A program made the translations under genes and the position numbers. Shown here piece by piece: positions 19,845-29,715 of a stretch of DNA of 64,000 bases (within the stretch, counting starts at the first letter, position 1; every line of letters starts with the position of its first letter). The notes under the pieces were generated by a model. It saw only the letters and a program-made list of their open reading frames with translations. It did no database searches and was not told the DNA's origin. Origin of the DNA: Candidatus Dojkabacteria bacterium. Lineage in GTDB: Bacteria; Patescibacteriota; Dojkabacteria; B142; JAFGFJ01. The stretch is taken from positions 314,896-378,895 of the forward strand of contig JAFGFJ010000006.1 in NCBI GenBank assembly GCA_016931155.1, written 5' to 3'.

Positions 19845-20228
19845 ATGGCTAGAATTTTAGGAGTAGAATTACCTGGTGAAAAGAGAACAGAGATTGCTCT
19901 CAGGTATATTTATGGCATTGGACCATCCATATCCAGAAAGATACTTGAAGCAGTGAAGATCAGTCCTGACAAGAGGGCGAAAGATCTTTCGAATGATGAA
20001 GTGAAATCTTTGGCAAATTTTATTGAGCAAACTTTCAAAGTAGAAGGAGAGCTTAAGCAGGTAATTTTTAGAAATATTAAAAGACTGAAAGATGTAAGAA
20101 GCTATAGGGGGATAAGGCATAAACTTGGTCTTCCAGTAAGGGGACAGAGAACAAAGTCAAATGCAGTTACGAGAAAAGGAAGAAATCTTGCGGTCGGAGG
20201 GCTTAAGAGAAAACTGGAGAAAACTTAA
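19845..20228 (+). CDS. rpsM: 30S ribosomal protein S13
   Basis: MARILGVELPGEKRTEIALRYIYGIGPS. Confidence 0.95.
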   Translation: MARILGVELPGEKRTEIALRYIYGIGPSISRKILEAVKISPDKRAKDLSNDEVKSLANFIEQTFKVEGELKQVIFRNIKRLKDVRSYRGIRHKLGLPVRGQRTKSNAVTRKGRNLAVGGLKRKLEKT

Positions 20229-20259
20229 TTTGATGGATTATTTATTTACCGAATAATAT

Positions 20260-20706
20260 ATGGGTAAGAAAAAAGACAAAAAAGCAAAAAAAGAGAATAA
20301 GATGAAGGATAAGGGTAAGGAGGCAGTAGCAGTTAAGAAGAAAAAGAAAGAGAAAAAGGTGGTTACTAAAGGTAAAATATATGTAAAATCGACATACAAC
20401 AATACACTTGTCACTGTTACGGATCTTACGGGCAATGTACTTTCTACCAGTAGTGGAGGTGTAGTTGGATTTACAGGGACGAAGAAAGCGACCGCTTATG
20501 CAGCAACAAAAGCAGCTGAGGATGCGGTAATGAAAGCTCAGAAATATGGTATTAAGGAAGCTGTTGTGATGGTCAGAGGAGCAGGACTTGGAAGACAGGC
20601 AGCTGTGAAGGGACTGAGATCTGGTGGGCTTAGAATTTCTCTCTTGATGGATACTACAAGGATTCCTCATGGAGGAGTTAAGCCGGAAAAAAGACCAAGA
20701 AAATAA
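20260..20706 (+). CDS. rpsK: 30S ribosomal protein S11 with Lys-rich N-terminal extension
   Basis: KGKIYVKSTYNNTLVTVTDLTGNVLSTSSGG, RGAGLGRQAAVKGL. Confidence 0.93.
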   Translation: MGKKKDKKAKKENKMKDKGKEAVAVKKKKKEKKVVTKGKIYVKSTYNNTLVTVTDLTGNVLSTSSGGVVGFTGTKKATAYAATKAAEDAVMKAQKYGIKEAVVMVRGAGLGRQAAVKGLRSGGLRISLLMDTTRIPHGGVKPEKRPRK

Positions 20707-20725
20707 TTAATTCTTTTTACGATAA

Positions 20726-21322
20726 ATGGCAAGATATACAGGACCAAAATGGAAAATAAGCAGGCGAGAAGGGGCTAGTGTTTATGGAGATGAAAAATGG
20801 AAAAAAAGACCTACTCTTCCGGGGCAACACCCGACGAGTATGAAAAGACCGAGTAACTACGCTATTCAGCTTAGAGAAAAGCAGAAAGTTAAAAGGATGT
20901 ATGGGCTATTGGAAAAGCAGTTTAGAGGAGTATACCAGAAGGCAACTGCTGCAACTGGAAATACAGGAACCAGGCTACTGCAACTTCTTGAGATGAGGCT
21001 TGATAATGTAGTTTACAGACTTGGTTTTGCGAAAACAAGAAATCAGGCAAGGCAGATGGTAACCCATGCTCATGTAAAAGTGAATGATAAAAAAGTTAAT
21101 ATACCTTCTTATATAGTAAAAGTTGGTGATCAAATTATGATAAAAGGGGCAGAAAAGAAGGATAATTGTGTAGCACTGATAAAGTTAGAAACAAAAAATG
21201 CTAAGGTTCCTTTGTGGTTGAGCAGAGTTAGTGAAGGAGGAGAGATAAAGAGTGTTCCTACAAGAGAGATGATGGATCCAACAATCAAAGAACAGCTTAT
21301 TGTTGAGTTCTATTCGAGATAA
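20726..21322 (+). CDS. rpsD: 30S ribosomal protein S4
   Basis: MARYTGPKWKISRREG, S4 domain RLDNVVYRLGFAKTRNQARQMVTHAHVKVN. Confidence 0.95.
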   Translation: MARYTGPKWKISRREGASVYGDEKWKKRPTLPGQHPTSMKRPSNYAIQLREKQKVKRMYGLLEKQFRGVYQKATAATGNTGTRLLQLLEMRLDNVVYRLGFAKTRNQARQMVTHAHVKVNDKKVNIPSYIVKVGDQIMIKGAEKKDNCVALIKLETKNAKVPLWLSRVSEGGEIKSVPTREMMDPTIKEQLIVEFYSR

Positions 21323-21346
21323 TATTTTAAATTACTGATTGATACT

Positions 21347-22285
21347 ATGTTTCAATTAAATCAATTTAATGTAAAGAAAATAGAAGAAAGGGAGGATTAT
21401 GGTCTCTTTGAAATAGGTCCTCTTCCCAGAGGGTATGGTCATACTGTTGCAAATATATTGAGAAGGATTTTAATGTCTTCTATTGAAGGTGCTGCGATTA
21501 CTTCAGTCAAAATAGGAGGAATTAAACATGAATATTCAAGTCTTGAGGGTGTTCACGATGATATTCTCAAGGTTCTTCTTGGTCTAAAAAATGTTGTGCT
21601 TGTGAGCCATTCAGAAGATCCTCAAGTTTTGAAGTTGAACGTTAAAGGCGGAGCAAAGGCAAAAGAAGTGAAAGCAGGAGACATAGAAACGACAGGCGAA
21701 GTTGAGATAGTAAACCCGGATTACGTGATCACAACCTTATCTGGTCCGAAAGCCAAGATTGAAGCGGAAATTATTGTTGAAACGGGTATTGGGTATAAGT
21801 ATCCTGATGAGTCGAAAAGAAAAGAAATTGGAGTTCTGCCTCTGGATGCGAATTTTTCTCCTGTCAGAAGGATTAATACAAGAATAGTACAGGCTAGGGT
21901 TGGTCAGCAGACAGATCTTGATCAGGTAAATCTTGAGGTATATACTAACAGAGCCGTGAAAGCAAGTGATGTTTTATTGAAAGCAGTGCAAGCCCTTGAT
22001 GAAGTTGCAAATAGATTTGTTTCTCTCTTGGGTGGCACACCAAAAGAAATCGAGTACATACAGGATGAACCAGAGGTTGAAGAGAAGAAGGTTCAATTAC
22101 CAATTGAAGACCTTGGGCTTTCTACCAGACTAACAAATGCTCTTGTAAATTCCCACTATAAGGATCTTGTAGAGCTAGAGGGGATGGGTATGGAAGACTT
22201 TATGAGCATAAAAGGAATGGGGCAGAAGTCAGTTGAGGAGCTGTATGAGGTTATGAAAGAAAATGGATTGGAAACAAAAGAATAA
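21347..22285 (+). CDS. rpoA: DNA-directed RNA polymerase alpha subunit
   Basis: GPLPRGYGHTVANILRRILMSSIEGAA N-terminal domain; C-terminal domain LGLSTRLTNALVN. Confidence 0.93.
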   Translation: MFQLNQFNVKKIEEREDYGLFEIGPLPRGYGHTVANILRRILMSSIEGAAITSVKIGGIKHEYSSLEGVHDDILKVLLGLKNVVLVSHSEDPQVLKLNVKGGAKAKEVKAGDIETTGEVEIVNPDYVITTLSGPKAKIEAEIIVETGIGYKYPDESKRKEIGVLPLDANFSPVRRINTRIVQARVGQQTDLDQVNLEVYTNRAVKASDVLLKAVQALDEVANRFVSLLGGTPKEIEYIQDEPEVEEKKVQLPIEDLGLSTRLTNALVNSHYKDLVELEGMGMEDFMSIKGMGQKSVEELYEVMKENGLETKE

Positions 22286-22995
22286 TGAAGAAAGGAAGAA
22301 AGATAAAAAAAATAGGAACAGATAAATCTCACAGGGTTTCTCTGTTGAAGAACCTTTCTTCATCGTTGATCATGACGGAGTATATGACTACTACAAGGGC
22401 AAGAGCCAGGGCATTTGTCCCCTATTTTGAAAGAGTAATTACTCTGGCAAGACCTGCCGATATCAATGCAAAAAGAAGAGTGATATCATTAATTCAAAAT
22501 GAAAAAGCTACAGATAAGATTTTTGATGTTCTTTTGAAGAGATTTGAAGATACCAAATCTGGCTTGGTGAGTGTTTATAAAATTGGGAACAGAAAAGGAG
22601 ATAATGCAGAAGTTGTTAAGCTTGTTTTGAAGGGATATGAACCACCAAAGAAAAAGACGAGGATAAAGGAGGAAAAGAAAAAGGAACAAAGTGAAGAAAA
22701 GATGCTTCAAAAAGATGAGAAGGGTCTTAGTAAAGAAACTAAGCTGAATATGGAAACAGATGTGAAGAAATCGCAAGAAAAGACTGCCGAGAAAGTAGCC
22801 GAAGTTCGAAAAGAACTGGCGAAACCAGAAGAGCCAGCGGGGGGAAATAAAAAGACTATTAAAAAGGAAAGAAGATCAGAGAATAAATCATCCAAGCAGA
22901 ATGGATCATTTTTTACAAAACTATTTGGATTTGGGAAAAAGGATCAACAAAAGACTACTGTCAAAGGAAGAGCTAGATCAAGATCAGGGATTTAA
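22285..22995 (+). CDS. rplQ: 50S ribosomal protein L17 with ~115-aa K/E-rich C-terminal extension
   Basis: HRVSLLKNLSSSLIMTEYMTTTRARARAFVPYFERVITLA; 236 aa against ~120 typical. Confidence 0.9.
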   Translation: MKKGRKIKKIGTDKSHRVSLLKNLSSSLIMTEYMTTTRARARAFVPYFERVITLARPADINAKRRVISLIQNEKATDKIFDVLLKRFEDTKSGLVSVYKIGNRKGDNAEVVKLVLKGYEPPKKKTRIKEEKKKEQSEEKMLQKDEKGLSKETKLNMETDVKKSQEKTAEKVAEVRKELAKPEEPAGGNKKTIKKERRSENKSSKQNGSFFTKLFGFGKKDQQKTTVKGRARSRSGI

Positions 22996-23001
22996 TTCTA
23001 T

Positions 23002-23433
23002 ATGAAAACAAGAAGTATTAAAGAAAAAGAAACAGAGATTAAATGGTACATGATAGATGCTACCGGGGTAAGACTTGGGAAGGTTGCGACAAAGGTGGCG
23101 GGGTTGCTTATGGGTAAAGCTGATGTGAATAGGGTGGAGTATCTTGAACCTAAAAATAAAGTTGTCGTTGTGAATTGTGAAAAAGTTGAGGCTTTCCCGA
23201 AAAAATTAAAAACAAAGATTTATTATTCTCACTCGGGTTATCCAGGTGGTTTCAAAGAGAAAACACTAGAGGAGATGATGAAAAAAACTCCGGAAAAAGT
23301 AATTCAGCTTGCTGTAAAAAGAATGCTTCCCCAAAATAGAATGGGAAGAAAGATGTTCAGCAATTTGAATGTAGTGAAGGGAGCAGACCATAAATTTGAA
23401 GCTCAAAAACCAGTAGAAATTAAATTACAATAA
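23002..23433 (+). CDS. rplM: 50S ribosomal protein L13
   Basis: KWYMIDATGVRLGKVATKVAGLLMGK. Confidence 0.93.
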   Translation: MKTRSIKEKETEIKWYMIDATGVRLGKVATKVAGLLMGKADVNRVEYLEPKNKVVVVNCEKVEAFPKKLKTKIYYSHSGYPGGFKEKTLEEMMKKTPEKVIQLAVKRMLPQNRMGRKMFSNLNVVKGADHKFEAQKPVEIKLQ

Positions 23434-23834
23434 TGGAAGCAAAAATTCAAAAATATAATTATGCTGTAGGAAGAAGAAAAACTTCTGTTGCCACTATCAG
23501 ATTGTTTGAAGGAAAGGGACAGAGTTTTGTAAATGAGAAAAAGGCTGAAGAGAGATTCCCTCTTTTGGCTCAGCAGAAAAGACTTTTGAAGCCATTTGAA
23601 GTTACCGGAACGATGGGTAAATTTTACTTTACTGGGAAGGTAAAGGGTGGAGGAGTAACGGGACAGCTTGATGCTCTTGTGCATGCAATATCTCGAGCTA
23701 TGATAAAGAACGATGAGGTGTATAAAGTTGATCTTAAAAAGAACAGTCTTCTAACAAGAGATGATAGAATGACGGAAAGAAAGAAACCAGGACTTAGAAA
23801 GGCAAGAAAATCCCCTCAGTACTCAAAGCGTTAG
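23433..23834 (+). CDS. rpsI: 30S ribosomal protein S9
   Basis: YAVGRRKTSVATIRL..., C-terminal PQYSKR. Confidence 0.95.
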   Translation: MEAKIQKYNYAVGRRKTSVATIRLFEGKGQSFVNEKKAEERFPLLAQQKRLLKPFEVTGTMGKFYFTGKVKGGGVTGQLDALVHAISRAMIKNDEVYKVDLKKNSLLTRDDRMTERKKPGLRKARKSPQYSKR

Positions 23835-24026
23835 TTTGTCTCGGGCAATTTATAATTCTTCATATTTTATGTTTTTGGCGTCAATTTTGCGGGCATATTA
23901 TTTATCCCTTGGAAATAATAAGTTCTCGCAAATGCGTAGCTAAATTCTCTCAATATATGATTGTGTTGATTAGGCTGGCTGAATTTTATAGGATTGTTGA
24001 GTATTCAGGCTTAGATTATTGATTAT

Positions 24027-25316
24027 ATGAATCTAAATAGAACCAAATTAACATATGTAATACTTGGTTTAATTCTTCTATTTTCTTTTGTAACGAGAAT
24101 ATACAGAGTATGGATTCCTGCTGAGTACTATTTTGACGAGGTTTATCATGCTGTTACAGCAAAACTTTATGCCAGGAATGATCCTTCCGGGTATGAATGG
24201 TGGCATGATGAGCCAGAACCTGGTACTGCGGTTGAATGGCTACATCCCCCGATTGCAAAACTTACACAAGCTTTAGGAATAATTCTTATAGGTGAGAACA
24301 GTCTCGGGTGGAGAATATCTTCAGTTGTATTTGGAGTTGGCGTTGTTATGGCGACTTTTCTTGTTGCTAATAAACTTTCAAAATCAAGAAAAGTCGCCCT
24401 TTTGTCTGCAATTCTACTAAGTCTTGATGGTCTTGTTTTTGTCCAGTCACGTATAGCAATGAATGATATCCATGTTACTTTTTTTATTCTAATGAGTGTC
24501 TTTTTTTATTCAAAATGGAAAGACTCTCAAGAGAAACAGTTGAATCTTGTTTTGAGTGGTGTATTTACAGGCATAGCGATTGCTACAAAATGGAGTGGTG
24601 TGTTTCTGCTTGGGATATTTATTATTGATCAACTTCTTACATGGATGCCTCGAATGATCTCGAGAAAGAAGTTCCCATCTTTTGCTTTGCTCTCCAATTT
24701 ATTCATTAATTTTATTTTTCTGCCTGTGTTGATATATGTATTATCTTTTTCACAGTTTTTCCTTCAAGGGCATAGCTGGAAACAATTTGAAGGACTTCAC
24801 AGTCAAATATGGCATTATCAGACGAGTCTTGAAGCAACTCATCCTCGTCAATCAAGTCCAATTGAGTGGGTGTTGGATCTGAAGCCAGTCTGGATGTATG
24901 TGAATTATGATTCAGGAGATAAGGTTGGGAATATATATAATTTGGGTAATCCACTTATCTTTTTTGGAGGACTTATTGGTATTTTGGGGATAGTTTATAC
25001 AATTATTCGAACAAAAAACAGGAATTATATTTTGCTCGTTTTAGCATATTTGATCGTCTGGTTGCCATGGATGTTTTCTCCCAGAATAATGTTTTTCTAC
25101 CATTATTTACCCGCAGTACCTTTTCTGACAATAATACTTTCAATTTTCCTTATGTCTATGATAAATGCCAAGTCAAGATTGATAAAGTATTTGGCGTATC
25201 TATTCCTCTTTGCGTGTGCTATATGGTTTTTTCTTTTTTATCCATATTTAACAGGTCTTCCAGTCTCAAAAGAGTTTGTTTCAAAGGTTTACTATATCCT
25301 GCCGGGCTGGAAATAA
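24027..25316 (+). CDS. Polytopic membrane glycosyltransferase, family 39-like (PMT / ArnT-like, phospholipid-carrier-dependent)
   Basis: YFDEVYHAVTA ... HPPIAKLTQALG first-loop motifs of the PMT/ArnT superfamily; ~11 predicted TM helices. Confidence 0.7.
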   Translation: MNLNRTKLTYVILGLILLFSFVTRIYRVWIPAEYYFDEVYHAVTAKLYARNDPSGYEWWHDEPEPGTAVEWLHPPIAKLTQALGIILIGENSLGWRISSVVFGVGVVMATFLVANKLSKSRKVALLSAILLSLDGLVFVQSRIAMNDIHVTFFILMSVFFYSKWKDSQEKQLNLVLSGVFTGIAIATKWSGVFLLGIFIIDQLLTWMPRMISRKKFPSFALLSNLFINFIFLPVLIYVLSFSQFFLQGHSWKQFEGLHSQIWHYQTSLEATHPRQSSPIEWVLDLKPVWMYVNYDSGDKVGNIYNLGNPLIFFGGLIGILGIVYTIIRTKNRNYILLVLAYLIVWLPWMFSPRIMFFYHYLPAVPFLTIILSIFLMSMINAKSRLIKYLAYLFLFACAIWFFLFYPYLTGLPVSKEFVSKVYYILPGWK

Positions 25317-25399
25317 GTCTGCTGGAATTCCCTTAGTTTGCTCTTTATCCTTAGCTTCTCTATAATTTCATAGTAATTAGATCTGTTGTTCTACTGTCT

Positions 25400-26095
25400 A
25401 TGAAAAAAATTACGGTTATTATATTCGCTGGAATTGTCCTTCTAGGGCTTGCTGTTTGGTCACCATGGAACAGGCTGGATTTCTCTTGGCAAAGACTTCT
25501 GGGAATTGAAAAGCCGGAAGGTATGGCAGGGCTTACAGTCTATTCACTTGGGGGGAATATGGAGGTAAAAATAGATGGAGAGTTGAAGGGAGAAGTAAAT
25601 CTTGCCAATTCTCCTCTTGAAATACACGATGTTGTTCCTGGTGAGCATAAAATTGAGTTAATTAGAAAAGGTTCACAGGATAACATTTATGCCGAGTATT
25701 TTAAAAATTTAAATTTTGAGGGTAACATAAATTCAATACTAAGTTATGAGCTTGGACCAACAGAAGAGTATAGTTCGGGCTATGTATTTTATGCTGTATC
25801 CAAAGGGAATTATGATGCTCTTGCTAGTTTGTCTGTGGTATCAAGACCTGAGCAGGCAAAGATCTTTCTAGATGGAATAGATGTGGGAAATGCTCCTTTA
25901 AGAGATGTAAAAATTTCTCTCAATCAATTACATAGGCTCAGGTTTGAGAAGGAGGGATTTGAATCACTTGAATTTGAAATTTTACCAAAGGAACAGGCAG
26001 ATCGAGATAAGCTTAAAGATTATAGTCTGGCAGTTGAGGCTCGACTGTTTAAGCTTCCAATAAATATAGTAGAGGAAGTATCAAATGAGAAATGA
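25400..26095 (+). CDS. Secreted/anchored PEGA-domain protein (two PEGA-like repeats)
   Basis: N-terminal signal anchor; LTVYSLGGNMEVKIDGELKGEVNLANSPLE and SRPEQAKIFLDGIDVGNAPL resemble the PEGA beta-strand motif. Confidence 0.55.
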   Translation: MKKITVIIFAGIVLLGLAVWSPWNRLDFSWQRLLGIEKPEGMAGLTVYSLGGNMEVKIDGELKGEVNLANSPLEIHDVVPGEHKIELIRKGSQDNIYAEYFKNLNFEGNINSILSYELGPTEEYSSGYVFYAVSKGNYDALASLSVVSRPEQAKIFLDGIDVGNAPLRDVKISLNQLHRLRFEKEGFESLEFEILPKEQADRDKLKDYSLAVEARLFKLPINIVEEVSNEK

Positions 26096-29000
26096 AGCTA
26101 ATAAGCTAAAAAGTACGAGTAAATACCCAACCTCAATAATTGTTAAGGGTGTTGATACCATTGGTGTAGAGCTTGCAGGTTCACTTATTGAACAGGGGGG
26201 GTATGTAATTATGATAGACACCTACAATGAGGAATCTTTCGGGAAAATAAAACATCTGTTGGAAAAAGATCTGTTTACATTTGTTGATTTTTCAGCTCTT
26301 TCTCATCTGGAAGATGATTTGAGGAGATTGGATTATGTTTTTTTTCTGGGACATCAGGAGACTGACATCGAAAATGAAATTTCTACTCAAGAATTTCTCG
26401 AAGTATCAAATTACTTGAATGCGATTCTTGACCTTTCAACTAAATTTGAAGCTAAATTCTTATTAACAAATTCGATAAGAGCACATAGGAGACTGATAGG
26501 AGAGCAGGACGTTCATCTCAATTTTGATCTAGAAAAGACTAAAAAACACACGGTATATTCAGAAGTTGAAATTCAAAGATATGCAGAAAGTTTGGTGATG
26601 GAGTACTACGAGAAGGTTTCTTTGAATGTAAGAATTTTGAGAATGGGAGAAGTAATTGGTGAGGCTGTTGAGTTTAAAGAAAAGACTCCTCTTGGAAAGC
26701 TTATATTTGATGCAATATCAGGAAATGACCTAGAGATAACTGGTGATGGTCTTGATGAAGAGTATTATGTTCATTATCTTGATGCTGTTTACGGATTATT
26801 GAAGGGTGAATTTACTCCAAATACTAAGGGGAAGATTTTTTCGTTGGCAAATCAAGAGCCGGTTACTACATTATCTTTAGCGTATAAGGTTCAGGAATTA
26901 GAGCCAAAGGCTGGAGAAATAAAATTTGTAGAAAAAAAAGGTCCACTGTCACTCAAACTATACAAGCCAGCTGAAAACCTGGCAGTTATCGGCTGGAGGC
27001 CAAAAGTATCTTTTGACAGAGCCCTGTCACAGTCTATTGAACAAGCATATAACCACTTTAGTATCGAATCTTCTAGTCAGGTGGAAGATGTAAGGGATGA
27101 AAAAAAGAATGATGTGCTTTCCAAAAAACTTAAAAACTTCTTTTTTATCTCAGACAATAACGGAGAAAAGGAGGATACATATAAGCCAAAAGGAGAAGGC
27201 TATGGTGCTCTTTCGAGACTTATTGCAGAAAGAAAATCTCAGGAAATGGGAAGAAAAGGTAGCATTGTTCTGGCAAATGACAAACTAAGAGAAAAGGTCA
27301 AGGGTCAAAATCAGAAACCTGCTATTCAAAGATTGGGTACTAAAGCAAATAAGTTTTATGACAGAATTAAGGTTCAGTTTAATTTCCTTACTAGATTGAC
27401 TCTTAGTGAATTTGCTCTCTATTTGTTTCTTGTAATGATTTTGGCAGTGGTATATTTCGGAGTAGTATCTCCATTACTTAGTCTTGGTAAAGATGTGTAT
27501 TTTGGGAACAGAAATCTTGAAGAAGCAAAAAATAGATTTATTAGTAATGACATAATTGGTGCTAGGGAATCTGCCAAGAGTTCTCTCAATAACTTTGATG
27601 CTGCAGAGAAAACACTAAACAGATTTGAAGCATTTTTTAATCTTGTTTCCCAGAAAGAAGTATTCATTTCAGGGACTACTCTCCTGAGAGGAGCAAAAAT
27701 GTACTCTGAAGGTCTTGAACAATCATTCTCAGCTGTCTCTCCAGCGTACGAGTATTTCGAGAAGTTTGAAGATAATGTCTATTACAGACCGAATGACGGG
27801 AATCTTCTTGTTTCTGAGTCCAGTGCCGATTATTCAGAGTATCTTCAGAAGATGTCAGGAATGGAGATAGTAGCAGATGATGGGATCAGCAAAATAGTAT
27901 CAGCAACAGCTCTTATGTCAACTGCAAGAAAGAACTATTTACCTAAAACAGTAATAGAAAAAATAAATTCTATTGTAAATAATATTGATGAGACTGAGGC
28001 TGAGCTTCAAAGTGCAAAAAAAACGATTAGATATTTACCTGATCTACTGGGAGGAGATGGCCCAAAATCTTACATTATTATTCTCCAGGATAACTCAAGA
28101 TATAACCCTTCAGGAGGCAAAATCAATTCATATGCTTTCTTAACATTTGAAAAAGGTGGTTTAAAATCTATTAAGGTTGAAAATGCATCCAGCCTAAACC
28201 TGTCATTTGATAGGTTGAATCCAAAAACACTTGACCAGATCAATCTGATTTCGTTTCAGAATCTAAAAGTAGAGGACGTAACTCTCAGTGATTTTCAGCT
28301 CATAAATGATTTTGATCTGTTTAGCAGTGAAATTATTCCTTACCTTGAAAATTATTTTGAGAGGGATATTGATGGCGCCATATTTTTAAATATTAACAGT
28401 CTTGAAAAATTAATTGAATTGTATGGCGGAATTGAAGTCGAGCAAATTGAATTTGACGGGAAAAATCTTCTGATGAATGTTGATCTGGTTCTAAGAGACA
28501 ATAGGGAGGAAAATAGAAGAACAGAGATTATTACTCAGGTATTTGCGCTTGTGCTTCAGAAAATATTCACTTCAACAGGAGAAAAAACGCTGGAACTTGC
28601 TTCTCTTTCAAATGTTCAGCTGGAAGTAAAGGATATGATGCTTCAGTTCGAGGGTGAATATTATCAGGAGCAGATTGAAACAAATAATTGGAATGGGAGG
28701 TTTAACAACAACTCAGATTTTATTAAGATTGCAGTGGTTTCAAAGGCAAGGGAATTTTCTCAAACAAAATATCCTAACTTAAATATTGATATAAATGATA
28801 GGTTGAAGTCTGACTTAACAACTGTTAAACAAGTTACAATTGAACCTAAAAGTCTTGAAGATCTTGATTATGTGACTGTATGCCTTCCTGCTGGAGCTAC
28901 AGAATTAAATTTTGGTGAAATTAATCCTTTACTGTACAACCAGAATTTTAGTGCTGGAAATGAGTGTGTGAGTATAAAATTTGGTCAAATAAGCAGGGCT

Positions 29001-29234
29001 GTGATATCATACAAGACCCCAGCTTTTGAAAGTGTAAGGGGCAATAGTTACAATTACAACGTAAGTATCCAAAATACTCCTGGACTCAATCTGATTTATG
29101 ATTATGAGTTGGAATTTGATCCGGGTTTGTACCCTCTTGAGTATGACGATAGAGGATTCCTCCAAAGAGATAAGCTGATATATGCAGGTACTCTTGATGG
29201 AAATTTAATTTTGAATTTAAAATTCGGAAGATGA
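26085..29234 (+). CDS. 1049-aa bitopic membrane protein: N-terminal degenerate NAD-dependent epimerase/dehydratase-like (Rossmann) domain, one TM helix (~aa 440-470), large C-terminal exported domain of unknown function
   Basis: IVKGVDTIGVELAGSLIEQGGYVIMID replaces the GxxGxxG motif; YSEVE replaces the catalytic YxxxK; GDGLDEEYYVHYLDAV replaces GDGxQxRDFxYVDD; TM segment FALYLFLVMILAVVYFGVVSPLLSL. Confidence 0.5.
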   Translation: MRNEANKLKSTSKYPTSIIVKGVDTIGVELAGSLIEQGGYVIMIDTYNEESFGKIKHLLEKDLFTFVDFSALSHLEDDLRRLDYVFFLGHQETDIENEISTQEFLEVSNYLNAILDLSTKFEAKFLLTNSIRAHRRLIGEQDVHLNFDLEKTKKHTVYSEVEIQRYAESLVMEYYEKVSLNVRILRMGEVIGEAVEFKEKTPLGKLIFDAISGNDLEITGDGLDEEYYVHYLDAVYGLLKGEFTPNTKGKIFSLANQEPVTTLSLAYKVQELEPKAGEIKFVEKKGPLSLKLYKPAENLAVIGWRPKVSFDRALSQSIEQAYNHFSIESSSQVEDVRDEKKNDVLSKKLKNFFFISDNNGEKEDTYKPKGEGYGALSRLIAERKSQEMGRKGSIVLANDKLREKVKGQNQKPAIQRLGTKANKFYDRIKVQFNFLTRLTLSEFALYLFLVMILAVVYFGVVSPLLSLGKDVYFGNRNLEEAKNRFISNDIIGARESAKSSLNNFDAAEKTLNRFEAFFNLVSQKEVFISGTTLLRGAKMYSEGLEQSFSAVSPAYEYFEKFEDNVYYRPNDGNLLVSESSADYSEYLQKMSGMEIVADDGISKIVSATALMSTARKNYLPKTVIEKINSIVNNIDETEAELQSAKKTIRYLPDLLGGDGPKSYIIILQDNSRYNPSGGKINSYAFLTFEKGGLKSIKVENASSLNLSFDRLNPKTLDQINLISFQNLKVEDVTLSDFQLINDFDLFSSEIIPYLENYFERDIDGAIFLNINSLEKLIELYGGIEVEQIEFDGKNLLMNVDLVLRDNREENRRTEIITQVFALVLQKIFTSTGEKTLELASLSNVQLEVKDMMLQFEGEYYQEQIETNNWNGRFNNNSDFIKIAVVSKAREFSQTKYPNLNIDINDRLKSDLTTVKQVTIEPKSLEDLDYVTVCLPAGATELNFGEINPLLYNQNFSAGNECVSIKFGQISRAVISYKTPAFESVRGNSYNYNVSIQNTPGLNLIYDYELEFDPGLYPLEYDDRGFLQRDKLIYAGTLDGNLILNLKFGR

Positions 29235-29695
29235 AACATAAGACTGTAATAACGAAAGAAGGTTTAAAGGATTTGAAAAATGAGCTTGATACCAGGAAGG
29301 ATAAGTTGAAAGAGATTGCTGATAAAATTGATGAGGCACGTCAGCAGGGAGACCTTTCTGAGAATGCTGCTTATACTACGGCTCTTTCAGAGAAAGAAAT
29401 GAATGAGGCGAAAATTAAGGAACTGGAAGATAAAATAAGTGGCTCGATAGTAGTTGAAGCTGATCCTTTAAATCCAGAAGTTGAACTTGGCGAGAAGGTT
29501 CTGGTGCGGCGGAGTTCTGATAACAAAAGGTTAACATATGAAATTGTTGGGATTGAAGAATCCAATCCGAGTGAAGGGAAAATATCTATAGGCTCTCCTA
29601 TTGGCAAGGCTTTGGCACATAAGAAGAAGGGAGATAAAGTAAAAGTTAAACTGCCATCTGGAGAGGAGGAGTTTTTAATTGAGGAAATTGCATAA
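29231..29695 (+). CDS. greA: Transcription elongation factor GreA
   Basis: ITKEGLKDLKNELD...QQGDLSENAAYTTA coiled-coil plus FKBP-like C-terminal domain. Confidence 0.88.
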   Translation: MKHKTVITKEGLKDLKNELDTRKDKLKEIADKIDEARQQGDLSENAAYTTALSEKEMNEAKIKELEDKISGSIVVEADPLNPEVELGEKVLVRRSSDNKRLTYEIVGIEESNPSEGKISIGSPIGKALAHKKKGDKVKVKLPSGEEEFLIEEIA

Positions 29696-29715
29696 TCAGT
29701 TTTCTCCTGAAAATT

